Shown piece after piece: positions 23,156 through 35,666 of a stretch of DNA of 39,849 bases. Source of the DNA: Gonapodya sp. JEL0774 (taxonomy: Eukaryota); the NCBI GenBank assembly GCA_027604505.1, contig JADIIX010000172.1:1-39849 (forward strand), given 5' to 3'. A model generated the notes under the pieces. That model searched no databases and was not told the origin of the DNA. It saw only the letters and a list, made by a program, of their open reading frames with translations. Made by a program: the position numbers and the translations under genes. Positions within the stretch are counted from its first letter, which is position 1. Each line of letters starts with the position of its first letter.

Positions 23156-24660
23156 ATGACCGAAACGGAGGCAACATATCCGGATCTGACTTCATGGGCT
23201 CATGCGATTCTTTCGGCTTCGGACGCTGCGGAGAAAGCTGGATTGACTTTCAGAGTCTGCCGCATGTGGAATTCGGGCAAACTGCCCATCGGTCCAGCCC
23301 GCCCATTTCACGGAATTCCTCCACGTTCGGATGGAGTACGAATCGTGTCCCCGAAAGGGTTGGTAAAGAGGGGAAACGGCGGAACTGTCGAATCTCGTAT
23401 CAAAATGCTTCACTCTCTCGCGGCCATCGAGCAGTGGGCTATTGACTTGGCTTGGGACATCATTGGTGAGATCATCGCCAACAGCAAAGAGGCTTGACGA
23501 TCGGCGCTCGAGCTTACCGGACAGAGGGGAACGACGGTGGCGAGGATTGCATTCACTTTAGAGAGCATCTCGTATGCATTGTTTCCCAGGGAGTTGAGCT
23601 CCCAACTGATTGACAAGGCCGAAGCTCGGTATTGATGCCGTGGGCATGTGGCCTGGGCAATAACACGGTCTATGTGTGCAGATTGGCAGGAACGCTGGAC
23701 TGAACGACAAAATTTGGAACATTCAATTCCTACCCTTCAGCTCGATTCGCCGATTTCCGTGTTCAATCTCCCGACGGCACGCTCCACGGTCTCGAGAAGG
23801 ACTTTTTTGATGATTTTGTTCGAATGGCCGCCGAAGAGGCGAACGTGAGTTGGTGAACAGGACCGGATGTACCGCCTGCACCTGTACCTCGGTTGTTTAC
23901 TTGCTGACCAAGCGTTTTTTCTTCACCTTGTAGCACTTCAACCTACTCCGAACCCGCCTTAAAGAGCTCGGAACCGATTATGGATGCTTGCCTGCTCATG
24001 CTGGTGAGATCTCATTTCTGAACATTGTCCCAACCAGAGGACTTAGTGATTAACCACCAGCAAACAAATTTTCCACGCCACCTTTGCTGCTCCAGGTCTT
24101 TGGGACTCCGCCAACACCACGTCCCACGACCTACTCTGTCGGCTCGTGATTGTCCACATGGTTCACGAAGCTCGAGGATTGGACGTGAACCCTGCCACCA
24201 TTGCAAAATTTCAAAGAGCTGGGGATCTGGAGAGCGTGCGGAAACTGTGCATTATCCAAGAGGTGACGTGGCTGAGCCAAGAGCAACTTCCACCTACTCG
24301 TGTTTACGCCTAACCCAAACCCAAACAACGAACCGTACATAACAGGACGAAATTTCCCATGTCAGCACAGGCACCAAGCATTTTACTCGTCTTACCAGTC
24401 TCCTCGGTCTTCCTTCCACTCCCACATTCCACTCCATATTTCGCTCGCATTACCTCGGAAATACCAAGCCCCCGTTTAACGATGATGCTCGGCGAATGGC
24501 TGGGATGGAGAGGGAGTGGTATGAAGGGTTAATTCGTGAGGGAGGTGCAACGGAGACTGCGAAAGAGGTTCAAAACGTGGACGTGGACGTGGAAGGAGAG
24601 GTTTCAAAGGAAGGAGCGATGGATGGAAAAGGGTGTTCTGGGTGGGGGAGAATGCATTAG
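23156..24660 (+). CDS. DUF455 ferritin-like superfamily protein; multi-exon
   Basis: LHSLAAIEQWAIDLAWD, FFDDFVRMAAEEANHF, PAHAGLWDSA, VHEARGLD, DEISHV, KPPFNDDARRMAG..WY after splicing. Confidence 0.88.
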
Positions 24661-24811
24661 AGCATCATTGTATCTGAAGATTGTACCTTCTGGCCAATTG
24701 GTGCGAGTTACAGTTTCACCTGATCGGTGTGTGCTCATGCGGTTCCATTTGTAAGATTCTGGTGCCGAGATTGACGCCAAGAGCACTCACGCACGTCATT
24801 TGATTCTCCCA

Positions 24812-26163
24812 ATGAGCTCCGGTACGAGGTCCACCAACACTAGAATCTTTTCTCGTCTTTGTCGTCATGTTTCATCACGATTCGATTTGCTATCAACATA
24901 CCTCTACTGAAAGGTCTACCAAAATCCCTGGAAAAGCTCTCTGGCGAGCGATTCCCCGCCCTCCGTGACGATCAGATGACTCCCGAACAGATCGCAGCAA
25001 GGAACGGGATTGTATCTGGTACTGGTCTCCAGGAAGTTGATTCCTACAGGCAACAAATTCCCACATTCTGGGACATTCCACATATCATCCCTCATAACCC
25101 CATCTCTGATTTCTCTGACCTCCTTTCTCTAATTTAAGGACCCCGTGGTGGCGTCGTTGGCCCCTTTAACGCACTCTTGAGATCACCAGTCATGTGCGAA
25201 GTCGCCCAGAAAGTCGGAGCCGCGGTCCGCTTCCAATCATCTTTACCCGCGAAACTCAACGAAATGGCAATAATTATGGCGGGGAGACACTGGAATGCCC
25301 AGTTTGAGGTGCGCCAAGCCTCTGGGGTTAGAGGATCGTACTCTGATGGGAATATGAGCTCTGTGAAGCAACCTACTGATTCATCATAGTTTTACGCGCA
25401 CCGCCTACTCGCGGAGCAAGCAGGCCTCTCTCCAGCGATCTGTGACGCCAGTACGTGTGCCTCCTGCCTTCGTCCACAAGTATTTGTAGTTCTCAACATG
25501 GTTCCCAATTCCTGATCCTTCACGATGCCCCATCCATCCTTCCTTTGCAGTCGCCGAGAACCGCGTCCCCCAATCGATGCCCGAACCAGAATCCACTATC
25601 TATAGATTTTGTACAGAGCTGCTGAAAACCACCCGTATCTCAGACGCGACCTATGAGAGTACAAAGAAGTTGTTTGGCGAGAAAGGGGTAAGTAAAGACT
25701 TTGGTGGCAAGGCGCATTGAATTTTGTTTTGTGACGGTGATAAGTGATGCAATTGAACTGTGGTGTATGGTTTGGGGTTTTGTCTTTTGTCTAGGTGGTT
25801 GACATCATCGTTGCACTCGGGTACTATTCGCGTGAGTTGAACTCCCTGTGGAGTAGCCGTGCTTCACAACGTGAAATTTATTTTCTTTGAGCCACTTTCT
25901 TCCTTGTTTCTCACAGTCGTTAGCGTGAGGTTCTATGCTATCAATGTCGTGTGCGTACCATAAGTTCCGTGATTTCGTTCCAGATGTGCCTCAACGTCGA
26001 CAAATACCCTCTTCGTGAGTTTCAGCTCGTCCCGTCATTTGTGTGTTTTCTCCAATATCCTCCATGTTGCTTGCCCTCCTCGAACCCCGACTTCCCCACC
26101 TTTCGCAATGCTACAATAGCCGAGGGCGTAAAGCCGATACCTGAGTTCATTCCCAAACTATAA
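24812..26163 (+). CDS. Carboxymuconolactone decarboxylase (CMD/AhpD-like) family protein; 9 exons
   Basis: Spliced product MSSGLPK...GPRGGVVGPFNALLRSP...VRFQSSLPAKLNEMAII..RHWNAQFEFYAH...AGLS...ISDATY...FGEKGVVDIIVALGYYSLVSMCLNVDKYPLPEG...IPKL. Confidence 0.85.
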
Positions 26164-26390
26164 TGCGCCTGCGACATTCCTCTTCCTCCTGCTCCTCACG
26201 TTTGGACAAAATACGGCGGGACGCAGTCGGATCATATTCTTATATCCTTTAGACGAGTCTTCGCCACCTGATGGAAGTTTATAAAGTAATACAATGCTCT
26301 CTTCTTTGAATGGTAATACAAATGGCGAGCAGTGGCGCCTTCAGACAATTGTAGTTCAAAGCCTTCTGAATGATAATTTCCCTCAATAGA

Positions 26391-27489
26391 TCACGCACCA
26401 CCCCCTGGGACACCGTACACCGAGGGAATGTCCATGGTGCGCGTTGCTCCAGCGGCAGTGCATGCTGTCTGAGAGAACGGAGAGATACGGTGGGTAGGTG
26501 TATAGGTTGAGTTGTAGTTTGCAACTTTTGTCCCTCGAGGCTGTAATTTCAGTTTAGGCAAACTTTGCTTACCTCGAACTTTTTAAATAAATTTTCTGTT
26601 GTCCTGATTACGACCACCATATCATCCACAAGAACCTTTACCGGTGTTGTTTGATGGGTCGTTTGCACCTTGATTTCAACTTTGGGTTCGAGAGGGTGGG
26701 GGACGCGGTAGCCAGCGAAAAGGACACGAGGGTTCCGAAGAAGTTGTCTGAGAGTGGCAGGAGATTAAAAGGTGTGCCGGTGGTTGGTGGCCCCATTATG
26801 GTGTGAGGCAAAAGGGAGATATTGGAAAGGGCAGAGGGATGGTGGATGGGAAGACAAATGGACTACTCACTGTCGTAGTACGTTGCCCACTGTATGATCC
26901 TCAGTGTAAATTGTGAAAGTGGCAGCATTTGGGATTTTGGTGTCGCGAGTGACGATGACTCTGAAATGGTGCGGCATAGGGAAAAAATTCACGCCTTTTA
27001 GACAGGTGCCTTTCGATCCGGCACACTACAAGCATGGGGGAGTGACAGCATGTTGACGTTCCCTTTGCAGAGTACAAACTCCGACCGTTGTTTCTGTTGC
27101 CTGGCAACAATCGTTCCAGGCGACGGGATGCTATGTCCTCAAACTCATAATCAAGATACAAGAGCTGAGCGGTTGAGCGTCTCCTCCACATGTCATCCCA
27201 TTCATATTCGTGTTGGGCGAAGGTGAGCAATCGAACGGTGGGAGACTCCAGAGCTTGGGCTCGCGCCCAGCGACCGCCACGAGCCTTCGTCCATGATCGA
27301 TACATTTGAGACTACTGCTGATGCACCTTTACCACCACGCTTCTCCAAAAATCCAGTCTTCAAGGAGAACACGTATCCAAGAGTGCCGTTGTGGAAGACT
27401 TGAAGTCCGAGAACGACAAGAATGGTGTTTAATTACCGTTTCACCCCTTCTGGAGGAACAACAAGCTCGAATCTGTCAGGAGCGTTCAT
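26391..27489 (-). CDS. RPB11: RNA polymerase II subunit RPB11 (4 exons; not visible in ORF track)
   Basis: Exons 27489-27437 ([17 protein letters not shown]), 26960-26871 ([29 protein letters not shown]), 26747-26573 ([20 protein letters not shown]...), 26468-26391 (last exon less certain); phases consistent. Confidence 0.93.
27096..27108. promoter_or_regulatory. Candidate RFX X-box (GTTGCC T GGCAAC palindrome)
   Basis: Exact fit to GTNRCC-N(0-3)-RGYAAC; lies in RPB11 intron 1, about 500 bp upstream of the POLE3 ATG. Confidence 0.4.
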
Positions 27490-27607
27490 GATTTCAGATT
27501 GGTCGGGGAATGCGAAACCTCGATTTGAGAAGGGTTTCGGGCTGTGGAAAAAGCTGCACAGGCAGAACTATGTACTGTGGGGACACTACCACACAACTCT
27601 GAACCAT

Positions 27608-28572
27608 ATGGACGACACACTAGAAACCGAGCCGCCCACAGCACGCGGTATCGATTCATTTAAGTTTCCTGTCACGAACGTCAACCGCATCGTCAAAGCA
27701 GCAGTGAGCCTGATCGCGTATCCAGACATATGCAACAACTTCGTGAACCAAACAATTTTCGTAGCTGCCTCCTGGAACAATCGTCTCAAAAGATGCCAAA
27801 GCGTATCTCAATGTTGCAGCTACTGTCTTTGTTTCCTTCCTCACCTGTAATGCCGTCTCCACGGGTCGACTAGCGATGACCGCCAAAAGAAAGACCAAGA
27901 AGAGTAAGGCGAAGGGTCAGGAGGCAGCAAAGCCCGAAAAGGCTGTATCGATTCAGCCAGCAGATGTATTGCGGGGATTCGAGCAGGCGGAGCTGGGTGA
28001 TGAGTTTGCTGATAGGCTGCGAGACATGTTCCATGGTGAGTTTCGAGTTTGGAATTGATTCAAACCCGGAAGGGAACATCGTTACTTCGGACTTCACGCA
28101 CTGTGAACACTCAATCGAATCTGTAGAATACCGGGCACATCTCTTGGAAAAGAAGGCATCGAAGGCATCAAGTGCACTCACTTTGAAAGTGCAACAGCTG
28201 GAAGAGGAAGCCGGCGACGCATCCAAGGAGCTAGCCGTTACGGGTAAAAAGCGAAAGTCGTCTAGTCAAGGGGACTTGAGGGCCACTAAGGCTGTACGGG
28301 TTGACGTTACGGAGGAACACGAAAATGGGACAGATCTTAGCGACCAGGAAGACACACTTTCGGTACAAGGCGAGGACCCCACTGAAGACGAGCCAGAGGA
28401 GGAGGAAGAACAAGAAGAACAAACAGAACAGGATGAAGAGGAGGAGCAGGACCAACAGGAGGCGAGCGAGAGGGATGACGGGTCTGACGCAGAAGATGAA
28501 CTCAAAGAGGAAACAGAAGCCCGTATTTCTCGTATGTCCATCGAATCTGATGGAATGATGGACGATGAATAA
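27608..28572 (+). CDS. DPB4: Histone-fold DNA polymerase epsilon/CHRAC subunit (POLE3/Dpb4) with acidic tail; 3 exons
   Basis: Exons 27608-27703, 27765-28035, 28127-28572: FKFPVTNVNRIVKAA|LPPGTIVSKDAKAYLNVAATVFVSFLT...KRKT...IQPADVLRGF...EYR then E/D-rich tail. Confidence 0.82.
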
Positions 28573-28697
28573 AGGAAGGACGGTTTTCTATTACCATAAT
28601 TGCTGTGAAGATATGTAACATGTGGCTTTTCAACAATTGTAATGCGTGGGAAAGAAGCTGGTATCGTAGATAACATCCTGATTAGCCATTCTTCATT

Positions 28698-31600
28698 TCA
28701 TCTTAAACTTCCAAATTCCTTTTCGAATTTTAAATAGATCTCGAGGTCCTTTGGCGCAACAGTCGGTTTGACCCTTTGAATGGCGGACTCAAAGTCCTTT
28801 TGAATCTTGTCAGACTCGTACCATGACACTGTTCTAGCATCAATCCTCACCTGAACTAAAACTGGCCGGATCTCAGTAATGTCAAGCGCGGAAATATCTG
28901 CCACGCTCGTAATGGGACCTGTCAAATGCGATCATTGGTTTCTATGCAAACACATCAGCAGAAAATGCGAGTGTGAGACGTACACATCACTGCATCTTTG
29001 CAAAGATTGTGTATATCAGAGCCACTGTATCCCTCAGTACGATCACAAATCATATCCACCTTTGGTGGAGATAATGTCAATTCTCATTGTAAGATATGCA
29101 AGTAACGTCAATGCTTCTAGCTTCACCTGTAATTCATTCAATTCGTGATTTGTTTTGCCTAGTAGATGGTTCAGAAGCTGCTTGCGGGCTTCACGGTCTG
29201 GCAACGGAATATACCTAATAACGGTGCAGACAAGGGATCGGTACAAGGTCACAGGGCTCCACACTGCATTCACTCAAAACCCACAACATCTTTGTAAATC
29301 TTCGTCTCGCCGCCTCGTCGAGTTCGTGAGGCCTGTCCATGCTCGTCAGAAAGTTTGGCGTCTAAGCTGTCTCCGCTGAACATCAGAACAAACCTATTTG
29401 TTGCTCCAATTATGAGCACTCTATCTTCACCGTTAGTATTGCAGCCGTCAACTTGCACGAGGAACTCTAGCAAGGAGCGGAGACGCAATTATGAAGAACT
29501 GATTTTGGAAACTCAACCTCCCACCCTGAACACACCAGTTTTGAGTCTCCTTGACCCCTCATTCTCCCCATCCGACCTCGCGGTCAACAAGCTATCGATT
29601 TCATCGATGAAAATGACGGCAGGTTGGTGCACCCTGGCGACTGCAAAGAGGGCCCGCATGGTCTTTTCGCCCTCGCCAACCCACTTGGACGTGAGCGTGC
29701 TTGCGGAGATAGAAAAGAAGTCGGTGTTGCATTGCGAGGCGATGGCTTTGGCTATGAGAGTTTTGCCTTATTGTGGTAGGAGAAGCCGCATGTGGTGAGC
29801 TTTGAAATTGGACCCGGAACGATCGTCCCAATAGAGACGCACCTGTACCCGGAGGTCCGTATAATAACACTCCTCTAGGCGGGGCCCTAAGTCCAGTGAA
29901 AAGCTCGGGCCTCTGCATGGGCCATACTATTGCCTGAGTCATAGCCGCTTTGGCGTGCCGTAAACCCGCGATATCATCCCTAGCAACAACGAAGAAAAAA
30001 AAGTGCCAAAAGCATATTATCATATGTCCACCACTTGATGATCTCATATCCCTGGGAAAGCGGAACCCACCACCCAACTCCACCGGTTTGTCCCCTCGGC
30101 ACCATCTCGCCCTCAATCATCTCCACCAGCTTCGGATCCACATTTCTCAGCCGTTCATCTACGAACAAATCTTCTTGACCTGGACCTGGTCCTGCACCTG
30201 CACCAGGTGCACGACGAGCGCCGGACCCGCCGACACCGATGCCAGGACCCGCGGGTTGCTTTTTGCGGTTTGTACCGGCAATGCTATAGCACGTTTGGTT
30301 GGTGGGTGTGGGTTGAGCCGTGGGAGGTCGGTTAAATGCGTAGAAACTTTGATGGCAAGGGCAGGTCACACAATGTGGACCACATGATCAATAAAAGTTA
30401 GCAATGCCTTCCCAAAACACCTCAACTCACCCAAACCCCCCCTGGGCAGATCCCCTTTCATCTTCCTCTGCCACCACCGGTCCCACAAGCGCAGGTGCGT
30501 TAAATCTAGGTCTCTTTGCCGCACCATTGTTGCCGCTACCGTTGTTAGAGGGATTTGCAAGTGGTCGCCATCCAGGGAGAGGTGTGCCATCTGCAATCTA
30601 AAGGCCACGCAGGAAAGAGAGACATGTCCAAAGCATTCCTGAGGTGAATCGAGGCGGAACAGTATTCATCGAGGCTGTTAAAAGCACCACCTACCATCTT
30701 CTCTCTCCCCGTTTGGAAGTCAGTCTTCTTGATTGGCTGGTCTTGCTCTCTGTCCCCGTCGCGATGGTCCTGGTACCCTCTTCCTTGTACAATCTGACCG
30801 GGCGGACCCCATGCCCCACCGGCATCTACCCCCCCACCCCAGTCATGTGCCGGACCAGAAGCGGAAGGAGCAACATTGGGTGGTGGCGCATTTGCTAGTG
30901 GGCGCAATGTGTTTTGGTTCTGGTAAGCTTGTGATTGGTGTGACTGCGGTGGCTGAGGATTGTATGAGTTCGCGTTTTGGTAAGATTGTTGAGGTTGTTG
31001 GAAGTACGATTTCTGCGGTTGCAGTTGTCCAAACGACGATTCCGGTTGGTGAGACTGTTGCTGTTGTTGATGTGGGTTGGTGCTCGCATAGCTCGTCACT
31101 TTCGCGTGCCCGTGCGATTGAAGGTTGAACATCGACTGTATTTTTACTTGTGCAGATGGTGCCACCAGTGTTGGCGGGTTTGCAATGGGGTTGGGATTGG
31201 TACTGCTGTAGCGGACGTGAGACATGTCGGGCTGGCGCGGGGCATAGGGAGGTCCGCGAGAATCTAGAACGTCCACCGTTGTTGTAGCAGGCGCGGTCAA
31301 TGTAGCTTCTTGTCGAGGCGGTGAAGTGAATTTCTTTTTACACACGGGGACGTGCACTCCCTTTTAACACACTGAGACGAATCGGCTCCAGCAGAGCACA
31401 CACTCACTCTCTTCCCCAACACCGTCTCTCCCTGTGCACCCTGTCCTTGTGCTCCCACTCCGCCAGGTTTCGGTTTCGAAGGTGTCACTCTACTGCGCAA
31501 CGGCTGCCTCCCCGAGCCGACAATTTTGGTGGGTGTAGGAGTGCCCGGTACGGGTGCAATCGCGGAGTTGAGGTTTGGTGGTGGAGTGGCGGGTGGAAGT

Positions 31601-32886
31601 ATATATGGTTTGGAAGGTTGTGCAAAGTGAAATGGCGCGGAGACAGGTATCTTGGAAGGGGTCGTGGGAGGTGTAGCGGGCGGCGCTGTGGAAGCTCCGG
31701 CGAAGTTCTTGCCGTGGTTTTCCTTCCCAATTCCTCCATCGTCCACCGTGACTGTGTCCGTCGCCGCTGTTGCCGCACCAACGCGTCGTGGGTCGGGTGC
31801 TTTGCCCTTCGCCCCCGTGAACACAGCAGACGACGATAACGTCGAGGCAACTGTTCCTGCTCCCGCTGATCCATTTGTCTCCACAGTAGCTCGCGCAGGG
31901 GGTAACCGGGGCATCAGTACCACGGGAGGCGGAGGTTGCGGTGCTTGTGCCGCAGATATGGGAGGATCAACTGAGGATGGGAGTGGACCAGATGCGTTGT
32001 TCGACTTTCCAAAAAGCGCTGCCAACGATGGTGGCGGTATGTCGAGCGCCGCCAGCGGTACCGACACGGACTCGATAATCCTGTCGACGTCAAAGTCCTT
32101 CACCGTTTCAGCGTTGAACTCACCCAAACGGTCGATTTTCCCATCTGGGCCGCGACCGGACTTGCCGAGCCTTTTTAGACGTGCGGGGATGCGTTTGTTG
32201 ATGAGATGGTCCGAGAGCATACGTGGGGTACGGAGCAAGGGGTGGACCGTGGAAGGATCGACAGGAGTGACGGTGGAACTGAGCGGGGAATGGTACGACA
32301 TATGGGAGAGAGATATTTCAAGTGCAGGGTACAGATGGTCGTTGAGAAGTGAGACAGCGGCGAGGCGGGATGTGAGGAGGGACATGGACGGGGTATGAGT
32401 GGCACTACCCTCTGAAGATGTTGCATAGTCACTCCCCCCACCCTCCGTGCCGGTACTGCCACTACGGCCAGTCCCACCAGTCCTCCCGACATCTGCCTTG
32501 TCACCAGTTTGGATTGAACCAGCACCACCTTTTCCGCCGAGTCCACCTACAACGTCCTCCACCGACTCCAACACACGGTTCTCTTCATGAGCCAAAAATC
32601 TCTCCAACACCGCCGCTGCAGCCCAGTAGTGTGGGATAGCTTCTACGTGGGCGAAACTTGCTGCGAGGGATGAGTCCGTGGGCGCTTGATTAGTGGAGGT
32701 GGAGCGGATCGGGGATGTGCTGGAAGAAGAAGTGGTGGCCGTGGTGGAGGCGGCGGGTGAAGAGGTGTCAGGGAAGGATTCCTGACCAGCCAGGCGGAGA
32801 GCAGAGAAAAAACTTGGTGGGGAGTGTGGGGTGGCGAGGGACGTTGGAAGAAGGAGCGAATGCGCGGATTGGTGAGGTCTTCCCAT
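28698..32886 (-). CDS. FIGNL1: Fidgetin-like 1 AAA+ ATPase with long disordered N-terminus; multi-exon, start uncertain (possibly up to about 33000)
   Basis: [59 protein letters not shown], Walker [32 protein letters not shown], Vps4-C-like end FEKEFGS; upstream FQTGREK resembles the FIGNL1 FxxA-region motif. Confidence 0.85.
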
Positions 32887-33548
32887 TGGCCAAGTGACCC
32901 ATCTGCGTCTCGCTACAGATGCTGTTAGCTGTACTTGCTCACAAGTGACTCTAGCATGACTCGTTGTTACCCCGACACGATCTCCCAACCACCCCATCGC
33001 CATCTGTATGTCACACGATCGGCGCAAAGCCGGCGACTCAACGAGACGACGACCCACGAGCGATGAAACATATTTTAGTCATTAAATTGATTTCCTTTGA
33101 TTCCGTCTCATGAAGTCTCAGCGTGTCCAACTCATGACACCACAACGACACATCGGCTCACAGTGAACAATCTATGCCGCGCAGACTCCACGACCTCGAT
33201 TCCGTTCCCCACCACCAAAAAACTAGACTTTTCATTTGTTTGAATCTTGACTCACTTGTAAGTAAACTCCCTCTCCGTCCTCTTCGCCAAATCAATTCTT
33301 GCGAGTTCCCGCGAATCCTGGTGCCCCCTCCCGCCTCCGTTTGTCGCGGTGTCACGTCCCCCGCTACTCCACCCAGCTGTGGATCCCGACCCAGTACGGG
33401 TGTTTGTTGGGTTTCTGGCTGGGTAGGACGCCATTGGCGAAGGGCGGGTGTGCGGGTGTCTGCGTCTTGTCTGGTCTTCGCTTGGTTGGACCACAGTTCG
33501 CACTGCATGTCATCCCAGCGCAGTCTTCCCTCACGACACCCCCTAGCA

Positions 33549-35666
33549 ATGGCGGCGAACTACTGGGACTCAACCCAACGGTAACCCGCACTTCTGTCCC
33601 GCTCATTGCACACGCGATCCCGCCTTTCTCACTCCCCGTTCCAAACGTTCCCACGCCAAATCTCTCATTCTCCGTCCCGCCATGCTCTTCACCCAACCAA
33701 CTCACCCCCAGTAACAACTGGACACTCGACAGACAATCCTTACTTGCCTCTCGCACTGAAGACCTTCTCTATGTCTCTGAAAAAGAACTTGTCTGGCTCA
33801 ACCTGTACTACTCCAATCGTGAGTTGAAGCAGAACTCACGCATCCCCGATCCCGGATCCCGATTCCCAATTCATTCTTTCTTCTCTCGTGCATCTATCTC
33901 AAACTACTCTCTCTTTTGTTTCTTCAGTCATTGTCCAACTCGGTAGAAAACTCGGCGTCAGGCAGCAGGTCATTGCAACTGCGATGCTCTACTTCAAGAG
34001 GTACTACACTCGGTGAGTTGACACTGTGAGACATAGATGAGGCTAGAGCCCAAATGCGGTGCTTGGACAAAAGCAGCGCAGAAGTGTGTGAGGTTTGGAG
34101 AGTTGGGAATCTGCTCATCAAGGCGGGATTGGTGCCAGATTGCTTTCAATAGATAAACAGAAGACCCAAGCAGCACAAACAACACCAATAGGAAGGAACG
34201 AGTCAATCGCTAGCCCAAAACTCCTTAATGCCGGGGCCAATGCGACTGAACTCCGATTCATTGCCATCCTACATATACCAACAACCACCTGTCCTACTTC
34301 GGGGGGGGGGGGGGGGGGNNNNNNNNNNTTCACAAAAAACCATATTTCGGGGGCCATTGCGCTTCACCTATTATTCTTTTCCATCCTAAATAACCCACAA
34401 ACACCCTTGCCCCATTCCCCCCCCCCCCCCCCCCCCCCCCCCAATTTCTTCATGAACGACGCAAACTCAAGCAATCCGTTCCGCCGTGTCGATCCTATCC
34501 TCACTGCCACCACGTGCACCTTTCTGGCCGCAAAGGTTGAAGAATGCCCACACCATATCCGCAGCGTCGTGGACGGAATGAGGGAGGTGATGGCAGGTAG
34601 GTAAGGGAGTTCTGGAATGACAGGAGTCAGGACACGAAACTCCATTAAGGGTGCTTTCAAACTTGGGAGGGAAGAGTTGTCACCTCTGTGAACAGCGTGA
34701 ATCGTGAACTCATTAGTACCTTGGAGCGATACGAGTCTAAAGATTGTTGCATGGGATCAGCAAGAAGGGAGTCACTGCAGGTCTTATCTGGACTGATGGC
34801 TCACATAATCTGGGGCGCATTCGCTAACCTTCGTTTTTCCCTCGTCGCTCCTCCATGCTCCCATCACTGCCCGTGACCAACAAACTATCCCCAATTCCTA
34901 TCGTATAGACCTTGGCGGCTTCCCCTTCGAGTCCCACCACGTCGCCGCGTTCGAATTCTACCTCCTCGAAGACCTTGATTTTCGTTTGATCGCATACCAC
35001 CCTTACCGCCCATTGCTCATACTCACCGGCTCCCACCGGTCGTTCCCGAGTTCTTCTTCTTCATCATCCTCATCCCACTCGTCTCAACCCCTTCAACAAA
35101 CTCCCCCGTCGACCCTCTCCCTCCCACCAGCGCTCCTCCAAACATGCTGGTACGCCATCAACGACGCCGCGCGGACCGATCTACCGCTTCTCCACCCGCC
35201 CCACGTGGTCGCGCTGGCTGTCCTGTTTCTCGTCACAATTGGAGACGCAGTGACGGCGGCCAGTGTGGGCGGTGAGGCGGGGGCGTACATGAGGGACAAG
35301 GAGGCCGGGTTTGGGGAGGAAACGGTAGATAGGGCGAAGGTGGCCAAATTTTTTGGGGACGTGAATGTGGACATGAGTGAGGTGGGTTGCGTTGATGCAG
35401 GTGGGGGCTGATGGGGGGCGTTGGAATGAGACGGAGTCCCCGCTGACCTCTCTCCCACAATGTCACCGAAAACCCTCACCACAAATCGTTCGTCTCACCT
35501 CTCGTCACTGCAATAGCTTCTTTCCATCGTCCACACCCTCCTCCGCCACTACCGCGACGTCGAAGAGTATCGGGAGGTTGGAGAGGCCCGGATTGCGGGA
35601 ATTATTCAGAAACTGCACGGTGGGGCACAAGGCCAAGGACCGCAGGGACAGGGCCACCAGGGTTGA
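33549..35666 (+). CDS. SSN8: Cyclin C (Mediator CDK8-module cyclin); multi-exon, one intron contains an assembly gap
   Basis: MAANYWDSTQ, LGVRQQVIATAMLYFKRYY, DPILTATTCTFLAAKVEECP, EFYLLEDLDFRLIAYHPYRPL, WYAINDAARTDLPLLHPPHVVALA. Confidence 0.93.
34319..34328. other. Assembly gap flanked by G18 and a nearby C-run
   Basis: Ten Ns in the sequence. Confidence 0.98.

Noticed and set aside
23156..26163. DUF455 plus CMD genes as a co-transferred bacterial redox operon
   Set aside because: DUF455 proteins are widespread in fungi, and adjacency alone is not evidence.
27071..27850. Long plus-strand frame with two in-frame TGA stops that looked like a pseudogene
   Set aside because: Explained as antisense of RPB11 exon 1/intron 1 plus the true first exon of POLE3 (from 27608).
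27847..27873. Apparent 27-nt intron in POLE3 (GTAATG...CTAG)
   Set aside because: Too short, and it reads through in frame (TCNAVSTGRLAMTAKRK), matching the histone-fold helix.
7056..32886. Putative DNA-repair cluster (EXO5, POLE3, FIGNL1, fumarase)
   Set aside because: Spread over 25 kb among unrelated housekeeping genes; consistent with chance.
34301..34442. Poly-G/poly-C tracts as a G-quadruplex or hairpin element
   Set aside because: They abut an N gap; lengths and flanking bases are unreliable.
34610..34645. Hammerhead-like GGAC..GAAAC in a cyclin C intron
   Set aside because: Lacks the CUGAUGA core and consistent stems.
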